Positions 26,450 to 38,570 of a stretch of DNA of 64,000 bases are shown here, one piece after another (the stretch's first letter is position 1; every line of letters begins with the position of its first letter). The stretch covers positions 81,772,336 to 81,836,335 of the forward strand of contig NC_068986.1 in the NCBI RefSeq assembly GCF_001194135.2. Reading direction: 5' to 3'. This stretch comes from Octopus bimaculoides. Its lineage: Eukaryota. The notes under the pieces were generated by a model that was not told the origin of the DNA, searched no databases, and worked only from the letters and a program-made list of their open reading frames with translations. A program made the translations under genes and the position numbers.

Positions 26450-27347
26450 ATGAACTGAGTATGCATTTAATATATTAAGTATATTGGTAGGAAACTGCAG
26501 GCTCTTGAGTTGCTGTAGCTCTTCAGCTACTCTGCTGTATCTATTGAGTTTTATTTTACCAGTTTGTAAAAGCAATTTTGTGTTTGTGTGTGAAGGCCTA
26601 CAGTAAATCATTTATGTGATAACAGATAACTATACCTGACTGAGCCAGTAATGCAGTTGCATCTTATACACTCGGTTGTATGGCAAAACAGTCAATATGG
26701 GGAAGTAGATGCTCTCATTTGTCTTAACAGGTGATACTGAATGAATAAACTGAGATAACTTTAAGAGGAAAGAACTCTTTAGTTTTGTCAAGATCAAGCC
26801 ATCTTCTCTATTACTGGTATTATGATATAATGTACCAAGTGCATTCTGCAAAGTGGTTGGTGATAGGAAGGGCATTTAACTATAGAAACCATGCTAAAAA
26901 TGGAAAGTATGTGTGAAGCATGGTCTCTGACCCATCAAGGAGAGCAGTCACTTCAAATTTTGAATGAAGATTGATTTGGTTTGTGACTTCTTGTCCAATC
27001 CATGCCAGCAAGGGCAAATGGTGCCTGAGCTGATAGTGGTGGTGATAATGATCGTAATGACTGTCATTTTTTCTAAGGTCAATCCTAATAGAGTTGACCT
27101 ATGATTAAGACCAATCATGACCATCCTGTCTTTCACTCTGACACAACAGTATAGGACGTTTTATCCAATACTGCTTATTTTTGAAAGCATAGTGTGATTT
27201 CCAGGATATCTGGCTGCTATTTCAGTTTGAGCGACCTTAAAGAGGTTCTCTTTCATTGGTTTGAGACTATAGTGATGATATGTCAGTGATCGTGGATAAT
27301 GTGATAATACCTTCTGGCACATCATGATTAGTTGAGTAACTATTGTA

Positions 27348-27397
<50 letters not shown>

Positions 27398-27942
27398 CAC
27401 AAGTTCACACATCAAGTTTGTTTTGTTTCTCTTATCTATGACCAACAATATCTTCAGTAGTCATTTGTTGTGAAAGTGTGTAGAATCCATCAGTTATGTG
27501 AAATTTAGATCTATATATTGTTTCATTATCTGATGTAACCCGTTCTTCCCCAAACAGACATTCAGTGAAAGAGAGACAGACAGACAGAGAGGGTGGTAGG
27601 CATAGATTGTATGTATGTGTGTGTTTGTATATATGTTTATGTAAATAAAGTTGCTGTATTATTGTAGTGAGTTTGTCCGTTGAGGAAGAATTGCCTTTGG
27701 AGAAACACATGAAATGTATTTGTACTTGAACATTTGAGTAGTTTTAGATTATTGATGTAGATGTGTAGTGTTGATATGAATTGAAGTGACAGCTTCAATA
27801 AATAGCAACGCCTGTTGACATTCTCATCAATAGAAAATCAATCATCTGGGAATCTGCTTTTATTATTTATTTATTTATCTAGAAGAAGTGGAGAACATTG
27901 CCGAGTTGATTTAAATAATTGTTTTCTCTCGAAAGAGCATTT

Positions 27943-27973
<31 letters not shown>

Positions 27974-29142
27974 CTCAATCATACACACACACACACATGG
28001 TAGTTTCATATCACTAGTATAAACAATTAAGAGAATACACAATACTCCATACAATGAATACATATATTTGAAGCTGAGAAATTCCATGTAATTTACATAA
28101 TACTCTTAATTTCTAATTGAAGATTGCTCACAGCAAGTAGTAAGCTGTGTCACACCATACCAAAGTTTTCAGACACACACATAAATATGTACATATATAT
28201 AAATACACACATATCTATAGACATGCTTTCCACTCACACATATACATGCATACATATATAGGCATGGTATAACAAACTGGATAAGCAGAACTCAATATAT
28301 AAATACATAATTATATATACTTTTTATTACCTTTAATAAATAGAAAGTCACAAAAATGACTCAAGGGCTAGGAGCTTAGTACATGGCACTTATTAAGCGT
28401 TGATAAGTGCCACATGTGCCCCCCCCCACACACACATACACACGCGTGCGTGCACACACACACACACACACAGATAGATAGATAGACATAACAAAACAGG
28501 AAAATGGAAATTTTTGGTATTATTATTCTCCACTATGTGTTTCATTTGCTAATAGGAATTACAAAGACTTATGTTATATATACATGTAAGAAATTTCCTA
28601 CTAGAAATTCATCAGACAGAAAAAAAAAAACAAAAAAAAAACTACATAATACAAGAATACCCTTGGTGTATGTATTTATATGCATATTGATTGCAATAAT
28701 GGAATAAGTAGATGTGCTTGAAGAGAAAGCATCTGAAATTTATCCTAGCTACCCATACGATATAATGTAAATAGATAAATATAGATTAAGGATCAATTAA
28801 GATTTGGGCATGCCAAAGTAAAGCACTCCATATTAATGGCTATACAGTAATACACAAATCAACAGATAAACAACCCAGGAAGTCCACTGATGTTTGATAA
28901 TCTACTACCCCAAGAGTCTCCAATGCTGAAGAGAGCTTCAGCATGATGTGATTTAACAATAAAAACAAGCAAATGAATTAAGTGGTATCACTACATTCTT
29001 TTCATTGAGAGATTTTATTGCATTGTAACACTATACAGACTGGTATGTATGAAATGCAGCATCTATAAGATTCTGCAAAACCCAACAGAAAACCTGTCAA
29101 ATCATCAGGTTCTTTGTTTGATGTTACAATGCCATAAAATCA

Positions 29143-29432
29143 TCACCATCATCATTGTTTAAAGTCCGTTTTCCATGCTGGCATGGGTTGGATGGTTTGA
29201 CTGGGGACTGGCAAGTCAGGGGATCGCACAAGGTTCCAATCTGATCTGGCAATGTTTCTAAAGCTGGGTGCCCTTCCTAACGCCAACCACTCCAAGAGTG
29301 TAGTGGGTGCTTTTCAGATGCCACCGGCAGGGGATCCAGTCAGGCGGCACTAGCATCAGCCACGTTTGGCTGGTGCTTTTTACATAATACCGGCACAGGA
29401 GCCAGTAGGGATGGGGGGCTGGCATCGACCAC
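29143..29432 (-). mobile_element. RTE 3' end fragment
   Basis: catcatcattgtttaaagtccgttttccatgctggcatgggttggatgg...ccttcctaacgccaaccactccaagagtgtagtgggtgctttt. Confidence 0.82.
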
Positions 29433-29520
29433 ATTCTCTTAATGAAACGATTGTTGCAATACCATACATCTGTTAGTTTGTTCATATACATATGTATGTG
29501 TGTGTATGTATATATATATA

Positions 29521-29659
29521 TAGAACAAGTAGAAAGATAAATTTTATTCAACGCGTAGATACTGAACAGTATATATATATAAAGGATAAAACCCTTTTTT
29601 AAAAGCAGAAAAATTTGTCGGCAGCCAGCTGAATAAAATTTATCTTTCTACTTGTTCTA
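29521..29659. mobile_element. 139-bp MITE-like element with 30-bp perfect inverted repeats (including terminal TA)
   Basis: TAGAACAAGTAGAAAGATAAATTTTATTCA (29521-29550) and TGAATAAAATTTATCTTTCTACTTGTTCTA (29630-29659) are exact reverse complements. Confidence 0.8.
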
Positions 29660-30148
29660 CAATACATTTCAGCGCTTTGAAAACAAACTTATTTGTTTAT
29701 ANNNNNNNNNNNNNNNGAGTGGGGTTTACACTGTGGTGTGTGTGTTATGAAAACTAATCATAGAATGAGAATATATTTATAACTACTGAATCAGTAGATT
29801 GTGTATAAGTCAAAGTCAACCAGTTGTGTTTTTTAAACCCTCCATACTGTTAATTAGATGATGTCGATCATGTTTATCTGGCCCTGCCATCAGTCCCATT
29901 CCTATTGCTGAGTGGCCATGATAGTATGGGAACTGTTACACTTACAAGAAGTGTGTATTATATACAAAATTGTGTGAATTCAGTTACAGCCTAACATTGT
30001 GCAGAAATACAACACCAGATGTTTTGTGTGTGAACACATACACATACGCATTCATGCATACACATATACACATACATTTATGGATTTATATATACTTGTG
30101 TGTGTGTGTGTGTATGTATACACATATGCATATATACATACAAATATA

Positions 30149-30238
30149 TACAAGGAAGTGCTGAAAAGTTCCTGGCTTTGGGTAAAAGAAAATACAGGGG
30201 GATCAGTTAATTATGATTTTATTCAACGTATTTATTCA
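30149..30238 (+). mobile_element. Possible solo mariner-type terminal fragment
   Basis: ta|caaggaagtgctgaaaagttcctggc resembles mariner TIRs (TACGAGGG.TG..GAAAAGT). No partner end was found. Confidence 0.4.
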
Positions 30239-30242
30239 ACTA

Positions 30243-30443
30243 ATTAGGAAGAGAGTTAATTTAGACGAGATGCAGTTTGGATTTGTGCCAGGAAGAAGCA
30301 CTACTGATGCTATATTTCTGGTAAGACTGCCACAGGAGAAATTCCTAACCAAAGATAAACCTCTGTACTTGACTTTTATTGACATAGAGAAAGTCTTTGA
30401 CAGGGTCCCCCAATCCCTTATCTGGTGATCAATGTGGAAACTA
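30243..30443 (+). mobile_element. RTE reverse transcriptase fragment (degenerate)
   Basis: IRKRVNLDEMQFGFVPGRSTTDAIFLVRLPQEKFLTKDKPLYLTFIDIEKVFDRVPQSLIW*SMWKL. Homologous to 6138-6270. Confidence 0.9.
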
Positions 30444-30473
30444 GATGTTAGCCCTGTTTTAGTGTGTCTATAG

Positions 30474-30846
30474 GGGCAGGCATGGCTGTATGGTTAAGTT
30501 TGCTTCTCAACCACATGGTTTTGGGTTTGGTCCCACTATGTGGAATCTTGGGGGAAGTGTCTTCTACTATAGCCCTGGGGACAGCCAAAGACTAGTGAGT
30601 GGATATGGTAGACAGAAACTGAAAGAAGTTTAGTTTGTGTGTGCGCATGACCTCACCTGTGCTGATGTCACATAATAAGCACTCAGCCAACTCTGTGGAC
30701 TGGTTGGTGTTAAGGAAGGGCATCCAGCTGTAAAAAAACCATGCCAAAGCAGACACAGAAGTATGGTGTAGGCTTCTGCCTGGCCAGTTCCAGTCAAACC
30801 GTCCAACTCATGCCAGCATGGAAGGAAGATATTAAACGATGATGAT
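30474..30846 (+). mobile_element. tRNA-headed SINE carrying the RTE 3'UTR-type tail
   Basis: ggcaggcatggctgtatggttaagtttgcttctcaaccacatgg head; tail aggaagggcatccagctgt...gtccaactcatgccagcatggaa...ttaaacgatgatga. Confidence 0.82.
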
Positions 30847-31317
30847 TATATATATGGGCAAATCAAAAATAAAAGTAGGAAAAACAACAAAGATCAAAAG
30901 AATGTACTCAGTGAATGTATTAGATCGATGCTCAGAGAAAGTTTAAGATTGGAAGAAGAGGGAGTAAGACATTTTGAGCATGGTTCTTTGTCAGAAAGAG
31001 GAAAGAGGAAAATGTCCAGAGAGAAGGAAAAGAATAGTCTGAGAAAGAACAAATGTGTGTATGTTTGTGTCTTCTTGTTTTGACATCACGTGACAGTTAT
31101 AAATGAGTGTTGCTGTCATGCAGACAATGTCATTAATTTTCAATATTCTGTGAGAAAGTGTCTGGCAATTTAGAAAAAGTATTACCCTACCTGGAAACAG
31201 GTGAAGGCTGGTGAGAGAAAAGGGCATCCAGTTGTAGAAAATCTGCCTCAAATAACTAAATAACTAAATCCAACTCATGCAAGTATGGAAAAATGAATGT
31301 TAAAAATGATGATGCAA

Positions 31318-32600
31318 GGTCTAGAATCAAATGACCTCAAATCTTAGTAAGTAAGAAGGCAGACAAATCACAAATCCCTTCAGGTAGATGGCCCTGCTTG
31401 ATCTGTAGAAAATGCATAAATAGAAACTCCATAAAATGTACCTGATGTAAGTGATGAACACATAAGAGGTGCAGTAATATCAGAAGAAGGTTAACATGGA
31501 AAATAGCTTTTGTGTGTGGAAGATGCACAGATACAATAAACACCGAAAATGTACAGAAAATAGACTCCATCAACTACCACTGGGGGTAAGGTAGAGGTTA
31601 TGGATGGCTTCCATTATCTAGGTGACGAAATTAGTTGTGGAGGTAGATGCTCCAAAAGTGTATCTGTAAGAATAAGAATAGGCAACTTCAGAGAGCTCTT
31701 ACCTCTGTTTGCAACAAAGGACCTCTCCCTCAGAATGAAAAACAGATTGTATGATACTTGTGTGTGAACAGCTATGCTACATGGCAAGTGAAACATGGGT
31801 TGTGACAGCCAAGGGCATACATAGGCTTGAAAGAAATGAAGCTAGTATTCTTCACTGGATGTGCAATGTCAGTGTTCATGTATAACAAAGTGGAAGCATC
31901 TTGAGAGAAAAGTTAAGCATAAGAGGCATCAGATGTGGTGTGCAAGAGAGATGACTGCACTAGTATGGACATGTGATGTGTATGGATGAGTACAGCTGTG
32001 TAAAGAAATGCTGATCTCTAACTGTGGAAGGAACCTGTGGTAAAGGTAAACCCTGGAAGACATGGGATGAAATGGTGAAGCATGATCTTCAAACTTTGAG
32101 CCCCACAGAGGCAATGACTAGACCTTTGGCAATATGCTGTGTGTGAGAAGACCCATCAAGCCAAGTGAAATCATAGTCATGGCCGATGCTGGTGTCATGT
32201 AACTGGAACCCATGCCGGTGGCACTTAAAAAGCACCTTTCGAGCATTGGGTCTCACAGAGGCAAAGTGGCTGATGCTGGTGATATGTGAAAAGCTCCTTT
32301 CGAGTGTTGAGCTTCTTGTTGGCAATGACAAATGACCAAGACCTTTGGCATTATGTTGTGCTTGAGAAGAAGACCCAATCAAGCCAAGTAAAATTGCATT
32401 CGTGGTAGATACTGGTGTCACATAAGCCAGTAGCATGTAAAGGCACCCATTACACTCTTGGAGTGGTTGGCAATCTAACCATAGAAACCATGCTAAATCA
32501 GATTGGAGTCTATTGCAGCCTTCCAGCTTGCCAACTCTGGTCAAACTGTCCAACCCATGCCAGCATGGATAGCACGTGTTAAATAATGATGATGATGATT
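31318..32600 (+). mobile_element. Decayed RTE LINE: 3' half of ORF2 + 3'UTR + (ATG)n tail
   Basis: GRWPCLICRKCINRNSIKCT*CK**THKRCSNIRRRLTWKIAFVCGRC..., then FHYLGDEIS, ETWVVT, RLERNE, YGHVM, GKGKPWKTWDEMVKHDL. Stops and frameshifts are present. It ends ...gcatggatagcacgtgttaaataatgatgatgatga. Confidence 0.9.
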
Positions 32601-33129
32601 ACACAATGGCTACTGTGATTAGTTTTTGTATTTGGAAAGTATCGTGTTTTTAGCAATTCAGTGTGGGTGTGTGCATATGTGTAGGTGTGTGTGTGTGGGT
32701 ATGAGAGAGAGAGAGATGATTTCCAGAATTATCTACTATCTGCAGAATGTCACTCATGTTGTTAATGTTATTTCTTCAAAACTAATACTTCAAAACTAAT
32801 TAACATATTAACATGTAAAGCCAATATCAAAATAAGAAATTGAACTCTCCCCCCCCCAAAAAAAAAACCCATTGCAATGTTTATTTTATTATGCATTAGC
32901 AATTATCATAAATTAGTTTGGTGTCTGCTATAGGTGGACAAAGCATGAAAGCAGCTAATTAGTTTCATTGAATCGTTACTTGCTTTACATCAATTTATTT
33001 TATAGTGAAAGCTTTCTGATGCCATAAGAATCTTTCTCTATTCATCTTTACATCTAATTCTCTTTAATGCTATGTCAGTATATCTGAAAACATTGGTACA
33101 ATTTCTCTCTCTGTCTAATGACTTGTTAC

Positions 33130-33575
33130 CTTGACAACACCCTGCTACACATTGACAGCACTCAGCTGCACATTGACAGCACTCAACTGCACATTGACAT
33201 CCCCCAGCTACACCTCGACTGCTGTCAGCTACACCTTGACTGCTGTCAGCTACACTTTGACAGCCCTCAGCTACACCTTGACTGTTGTCAGCTACATTTT
33301 GACAGCCCCCAGCTACACCTTGACTGCTGTCAGCTACATTTTGACAGCTCTCAGCTACATTTTGACAGCCCCCAGCTACACCTTGACTGCTGTCAGCTAC
33401 ACCTTGACTGCTGTCAGCTACACTTTGACAATCTTCAGCTACACCTTGACTGCTGTCAGCTACACTTTGACAGCCCTCAGCTACACCTTGACTGCTGTCA
33501 GTTACATTTTGACAGTTCTCAGCTACATTTGACAGCACCCAACTAAACCTTGACAGTACTCAACTACACTGACAA
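33130..33575. repeat. 21-bp two-variant minisatellite, about 21 copies
   Basis: Units CAGCTACACCTTGACTGCTGT (A) and CAGCTACA(C/T)TTTGACAGCCC(C/T) (B) are interspersed. Confidence 0.95.
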
Positions 33576-34224
33576 CCTCAAACACAAGCTCACACAACAG
33601 AAATAAAACTCAACAATCAAACAACTAAAATTGAAAGTAAAGAGAATAAACCAAAGAAAAGCAGAAAATTGTCAAATATTTATATCTAGCATAAACAATA
33701 TAATATGCTGTAAACAAAACACACCATATGAGTAATATTAGCAGAATTAAGAGCAACACTAACAACAATAAAATTACAAACTTCTGAAAGATGGGTGTTA
33801 GAGAGGGGGTGGGCAGAAGAAATTGCTGCATTCACCAACTTCTGGTACAAACAATACCAAGCCCTCAGAACTTGGTTATTGGGTAAAATTATAAGAATTC
33901 TAGAACCTAATTAAGGTCCAACTGAAGATACATCGTATAGATCCATCACCACCCTATACACAAAGCTATCAACATCTTACACACATACATGTACATGCAA
34001 GCACACACACACACACACACACACACACTAGAATGTCTCAGAGAGGAATCAATGTATCTACACAGTCCTCCACTTGGCAGGTTGCTTGACTACAACTCCC
34101 AAACCCTTCACCCCAGGTTTAATAACAGATAGGTTCAATAGGCATTGCTCTAACAACATCAGTACAACTTTCAACACTATTCCTTCTCACTTATGCACAG
34201 CATATTCAGGAGGCATAACTAGAA

Positions 34225-34634
34225 GCACAGGCATGACTGTTTAATTATGAAGCTTGCTTTCTGGCCATGTTGTCTTGGGTCAGTCCCACTGCATGGCACC
34301 TTGGGCAAGTGTCTTCTACTATCACCCTCAGATTGATCAAAGCCTTGTGAGTGGATTTGGTTGACAGAAGTAGGCCTGTCGTATATATTTGTGTGTATGT
34401 GCGTGTTTTCATTTCTGTGCTTCCTTGTCTTGACACCCTGGTTGTAAATGAACATCACTGACATACAAGCAATGTTGTCTGTTTTCTATCTTCTGTGAAA
34501 AACATCTGGTTGTAGGGAAATATTACCTTGCTTGGAAACAGGTGAGGCTTTGGCTGTGAAAAAAATTTGCTTCACTGAATTTCATCTGACCCATGCAAGA
34601 ATGGAAAAATAGACATTAAAACAATGAGGATGAT
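34225..34634 (+). mobile_element. tRNA-headed SINE with RTE-like tail (diverged)
   Basis: Head gcacaggcatgactgt..., body, tail acccatgcaagaatggaaaaatagacattaaaacaatgaggatgat. Confidence 0.8.
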
Positions 34635-34877
34635 ACTCAACATTTCCTGAGGAAATAATAGAAAAATACTTAGGTCTCAATGCTTATGTACCATACACCA
34701 ACAACATTTAGCGTGCAATTTTTTAGTGTAACACAAGGATCCATCCTCCAATCTACTGTTTTTAACTTATACCTACAAAGCCTTCTTACCACTCTACAGA
34801 CTTAAACAGAATCTCATATGCAAATAACATATCCTTTCACCATTCTAGCAACAGATTTTTTTTCTTGAGATGCTAGA

Positions 34878-35036
34878 CACAGGCATGGCTGTGTGGTAAA
34901 AGGCTTGCTTCCCAGCCACACTGTTGTAGGTTCAGTCCCACTATGTGGCACCTTGGTCAAGTGTCTTCTTCTAAAATCTTGGGCTGACCAAAGCTTCGTG
35001 AGCAGATTTGGTAGACAGACTGAAACAAGCCTGTTC

Positions 35037-35109
<73 letters not shown>

Positions 35110-35311
35110 CCTGTCTGTCTGTGTTTGTCCCCACTCCCACTTGTCAACCAGTGTTGCTGTGTTTACGTCTCCATAACATTAGTGGTTTGGCAAAAGAGAT
35201 CGATAGAATAAGAAAAAAAAAAGCACTGAGGTCAATTCATTGAACTAAAAATTCTTTGAGTCAGTGCCCCAGCATGGCTGTCATCTAATGAATGAAACAA
35301 GTAAAAGAGAG
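34878..35311 (+). mobile_element. Full-length tRNA-headed SINE with internal (TA)n(TG)n and non-RTE tail
   Basis: caggcatggctgtgtggtaaaaggcttgcttcccagccac...ggttcagtcccact...; 3' end ...ccagcatggctgtcatctaatgaatgaaacaagtaaaag. Confidence 0.85.
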
Positions 35312-35590
35312 ACATTAAATTTTAGTATTTATAGCTAGTTCTCTTGTGTTTGTCTACTACTTGAATATTTTTACAGGACTGGTTACATCAGAATGTTTCC
35401 TCTTTAAAAAAAGAATCTAACATCAATTATTTGCTTTGTTACAGTTTGTTATGGAAATAGTCAGATGTCTTTTGATGCTATCCACCTAAATAAAGTTGAC
35501 TTCTATTCTTGAAAGAATCAATATAATTTGAGCTAACCACAAATTAATCTATTTTTGTTCCAAACTTAAGAACCCTTCACACAAACTTAA

Positions 35591-35786
35591 CCCTTTTACT
35601 GTGGAATGCATTTTTATATACCAGTCTATCTTTTGTTGAGGAATGTTGTCTTTAAAACTATTTTCTTTTGAGATATATCAAGTTTATTGAGGCAACATGT
35701 CTTACAGAAAATACCAGTTCTATTTTTGGTAGATATTTATCATCATTTCTAGAGCAAGCATGATATTTAATTTTGCAGTGAAAGGG
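35591..35786. mobile_element. piggyBac-like MITE family 3, TTAA TSD
   Basis: TTAA|CCCTTTTACTG ... CAGTGAAAGGG|TTAA (11-bp TIR, one mismatch). Confidence 0.72.
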
Positions 35787-38092
35787 TTAAACACAAATTA
35801 CTCCTTTTTTTGATGTGATTTCTAATCCCAGTACAAGTTCCTTTATTTCTAGTACTAACAGATCCATTTTTAAAAATAATTATTCTAATTCACAAGAATA
35901 TTTACATTTGGACTACAACTTCAAACTGTGGCCTTATTGTTGTATTTTATCCTTAAACAAGACACTCTCTGTCAATTTGACTGAAATCTAGCTATAATTA
36001 ACATTATATGGTGCAGTATTTACAATCAGCTGCAATGAAATTCTTACATGAATATCTGTACTCATTCAATTTCTTTGTGAATGTCTGACTTTACAGAACT
36101 TTGCAACCTTAATGATAGAGAAGTGAATGAGGAGCCTGTGATTATAAAAGTGTTTATCCATTGTGACTTTGACACCTGACCTAGTAGAGTGTGATTCTGA
36201 TGAATCTTCGCTTAAGATTTCTGACAACTCTCATTTTCTCCAATATCTTTTCTTTAACTGAAAATTCTTCATCGAATTAACACCAGTTCTTGCTTCTACC
36301 CATGAAATGCTGCTAAATGATTGGCAACTGTTGATGTGTTTATCTCCTCAGTGGAGTATGAATGGTTGAATGGCTAGTGTCTCTTGTGTCAAATGCCAAC
36401 ACAATTTCAGTTTGGATTGTAGACTGACTTTTGAAAACAACTGACAGAAGCTTTTTGTAGAGATCATCTTATTGATATTTATCAATACCAGCCCTTTCAC
36501 ATACATTGATTGGAAACTAGATTTCATCAATGACGTCATAAAATGGATTTTATTGCTATAACGTGCTAGTCAATTAACTTCCATGAATCTTCATCGATAT
36601 TTCAGTTTCTTTTTGATTTTTTCCAGAATTAATGAATTTCTGTGGAAACAGGAATGTTACCAAGCAATGTATTCCTCGACTTTCACAAGACAACATTGTC
36701 TTCCTCATTCCACTGCCTCTCTTTTCTTTCTCATGATGAAGTCTATGACCTCATTCAGTAATATCCAAAAAGTTGTTGGTTATAAAGTCTGTATATTGAG
36801 AAATGTTTATAGATTTGTTGTTTCGCCCATCAGCTCTGATCAGTTAGATGTATAATCAAAGGTGTTCTGGCCATGAATATCCATTTGTATTTTCAAGTAT
36901 AGTGCATCTAAAACTATGTTATTCGATGTATATTTCTTTTAAGCTGCCAGAAGATTAGGCTACTATTTTTAGCTGTTCATGCTACTACTTAGAGGCTGTC
37001 TTTGTTGTCTCATAGCTAGACTTATTTATTGAGGATTTGTGTTAAAATGTTATATGTAAATTCAACAGAGGTTCCATTCCACATTTGCTTTAATAGAAAA
37101 AGGAGGTGGTGTGGGACCAGTTTCATTTCCTTTAACTATTTTATATTAAGAGAAAGTAGCTAGAAACTCTGTCTGTTGTTACTGTTGCGTTTTACTACAT
37201 ATGGTAACCGAAACTATATTAAGATGTTCCTTCTTATCGTCATTATCATCTTTATTTTTCTATGGGATTATAAGCTAAATTCACTTACCATAGAAACAGT
37301 TTCTATAGCAACTGGAGAATGGTAATATATGGTTTGGGATTATGTGTATATGCAATGACAATTCTGTTGCTGGTTACTCGTCTCAAACTAAATAATAATC
37401 TTTTGACATCATTTCCAAACATTTCTCAAGAATTCTAATGTACATTCACATATACAGACATCAGAAAATAGCACTGTGAACTATGAAAATCAGTTGTCCA
37501 TTGAAAATTCTGAACTTTCATCATCATCATCATTTGATAGTCACTATTCTGTACTCTTATATTATTTGTTTATATTTTTATCTTGTATAACTTAGAAAGT
37601 GTGGGTTGGGAATAACTTGGGAGATAAGGTGAAGCAGCCAACTATGTAGGTATAGATATAATAAATACAGTATCTCCCCTCCTTACTAGAGAAGCTGATA
37701 AAAAAAAAAGGGCTTAAGAACTGAATGCATCAGATCACCGCTTATCTCATATTCTTAGAAGTTCTAAGTGAATGGTGGAGGCAGATAGAATGTTTCTACT
37801 TAAAGACTCCATTCCATTGATCTCTGATCTATTGCAAACTCCTGCTATGTGTGTTCATAGGGCTTGCAGTTTCCTCAGTATCCAGCTATTACATTGTACA
37901 TTAAATCTGTTGTACGTCAACTTTGGACATGTCTTTCAATTTTACTGTTGGGTTGATAAGTACATATATTACAAATTTTACTGTGGTGTAAGATTTATTT
38001 TTCACTTGGTTGTGTAAAATGGAGATTTACATTGTGGGGCATGAGTCAGGGTTTGAAATTATGAGCTTTTAATCAGTAGTTCAGTATCTTAA

Positions 38093-38236
38093 CCCACAAC
38101 TACTATATTTGATAGTGCAGTACCTTATCCCATGACTACTATACTTGTCAGTGCAATACCTTTGCCCACAGCTGCTATCTTTTACAGTGCTGTACCTTAG
38201 CCCACAACTGCTACATTTGATAGTGCACTACCTTAA
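38093..38236. repeat. 36-bp tandem repeat, 4 copies
   Basis: Units start at 38093, 38129, 38165, 38201: cccacaact(a/g)cta(t/c)atttgatagtgca.tacctta. Confidence 0.88.
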
Positions 38237-38244
38237 ACTGTGAA

Positions 38245-38570
38245 GGTGCGTGGCTCAGTGGTTAGAGCATCAGGCTCACAACCATGAGATAGTGAGTTTG
38301 ATTCCCAGACAGGGTTGCGTGTTGTGTTCTTGAGCAGGACACATTATTTTCATGTTGCTCCAGGTCACTCTGCTGTAGAAATGAGTTGAAATGTCATAGG
38401 TGCTAAGCTGTATTGGGCTTTGCCTTTCCCTAAGTAACCTTGGTGGCATTGAGAGGGGAGGCTGGTATGTATGGGTGACTGCTGGTCAGACTTGTGCCTT
38501 GGAGGGGAGCTTTCTAGGTGCACCCCATGGTCATTCATGACCTAAGGGGGTCTTTAACCATTTTACCTTA
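38245..38570 (+). mobile_element. Second tRNA-derived SINE family (single copy in window)
   Basis: ggtgcgTGGCTCAGTGGttagagcatcaggCTCACAAccatgagatagtGAGTTTGATTCcc: A- and B-box-like motifs and an anticodon-loop-like CTCACAA. The acceptor stem is unpaired and a non-tRNA body follows. Confidence 0.75.

Noticed and set aside
33038-33546. Three long repeat ORFs suggesting a Cys/His-rich protein or a CRISPR array
   Set aside because: A 21-bp unit is stop-free by arithmetic. There are no unique spacers, no cas genes, and the context is a eukaryotic intron.
38245-38320. Possible tRNA-Val(CAC) gene
   Set aside because: The acceptor stem does not pair, the anticodon stem is disrupted, there is no T-run terminator, and it continues into a SINE body.
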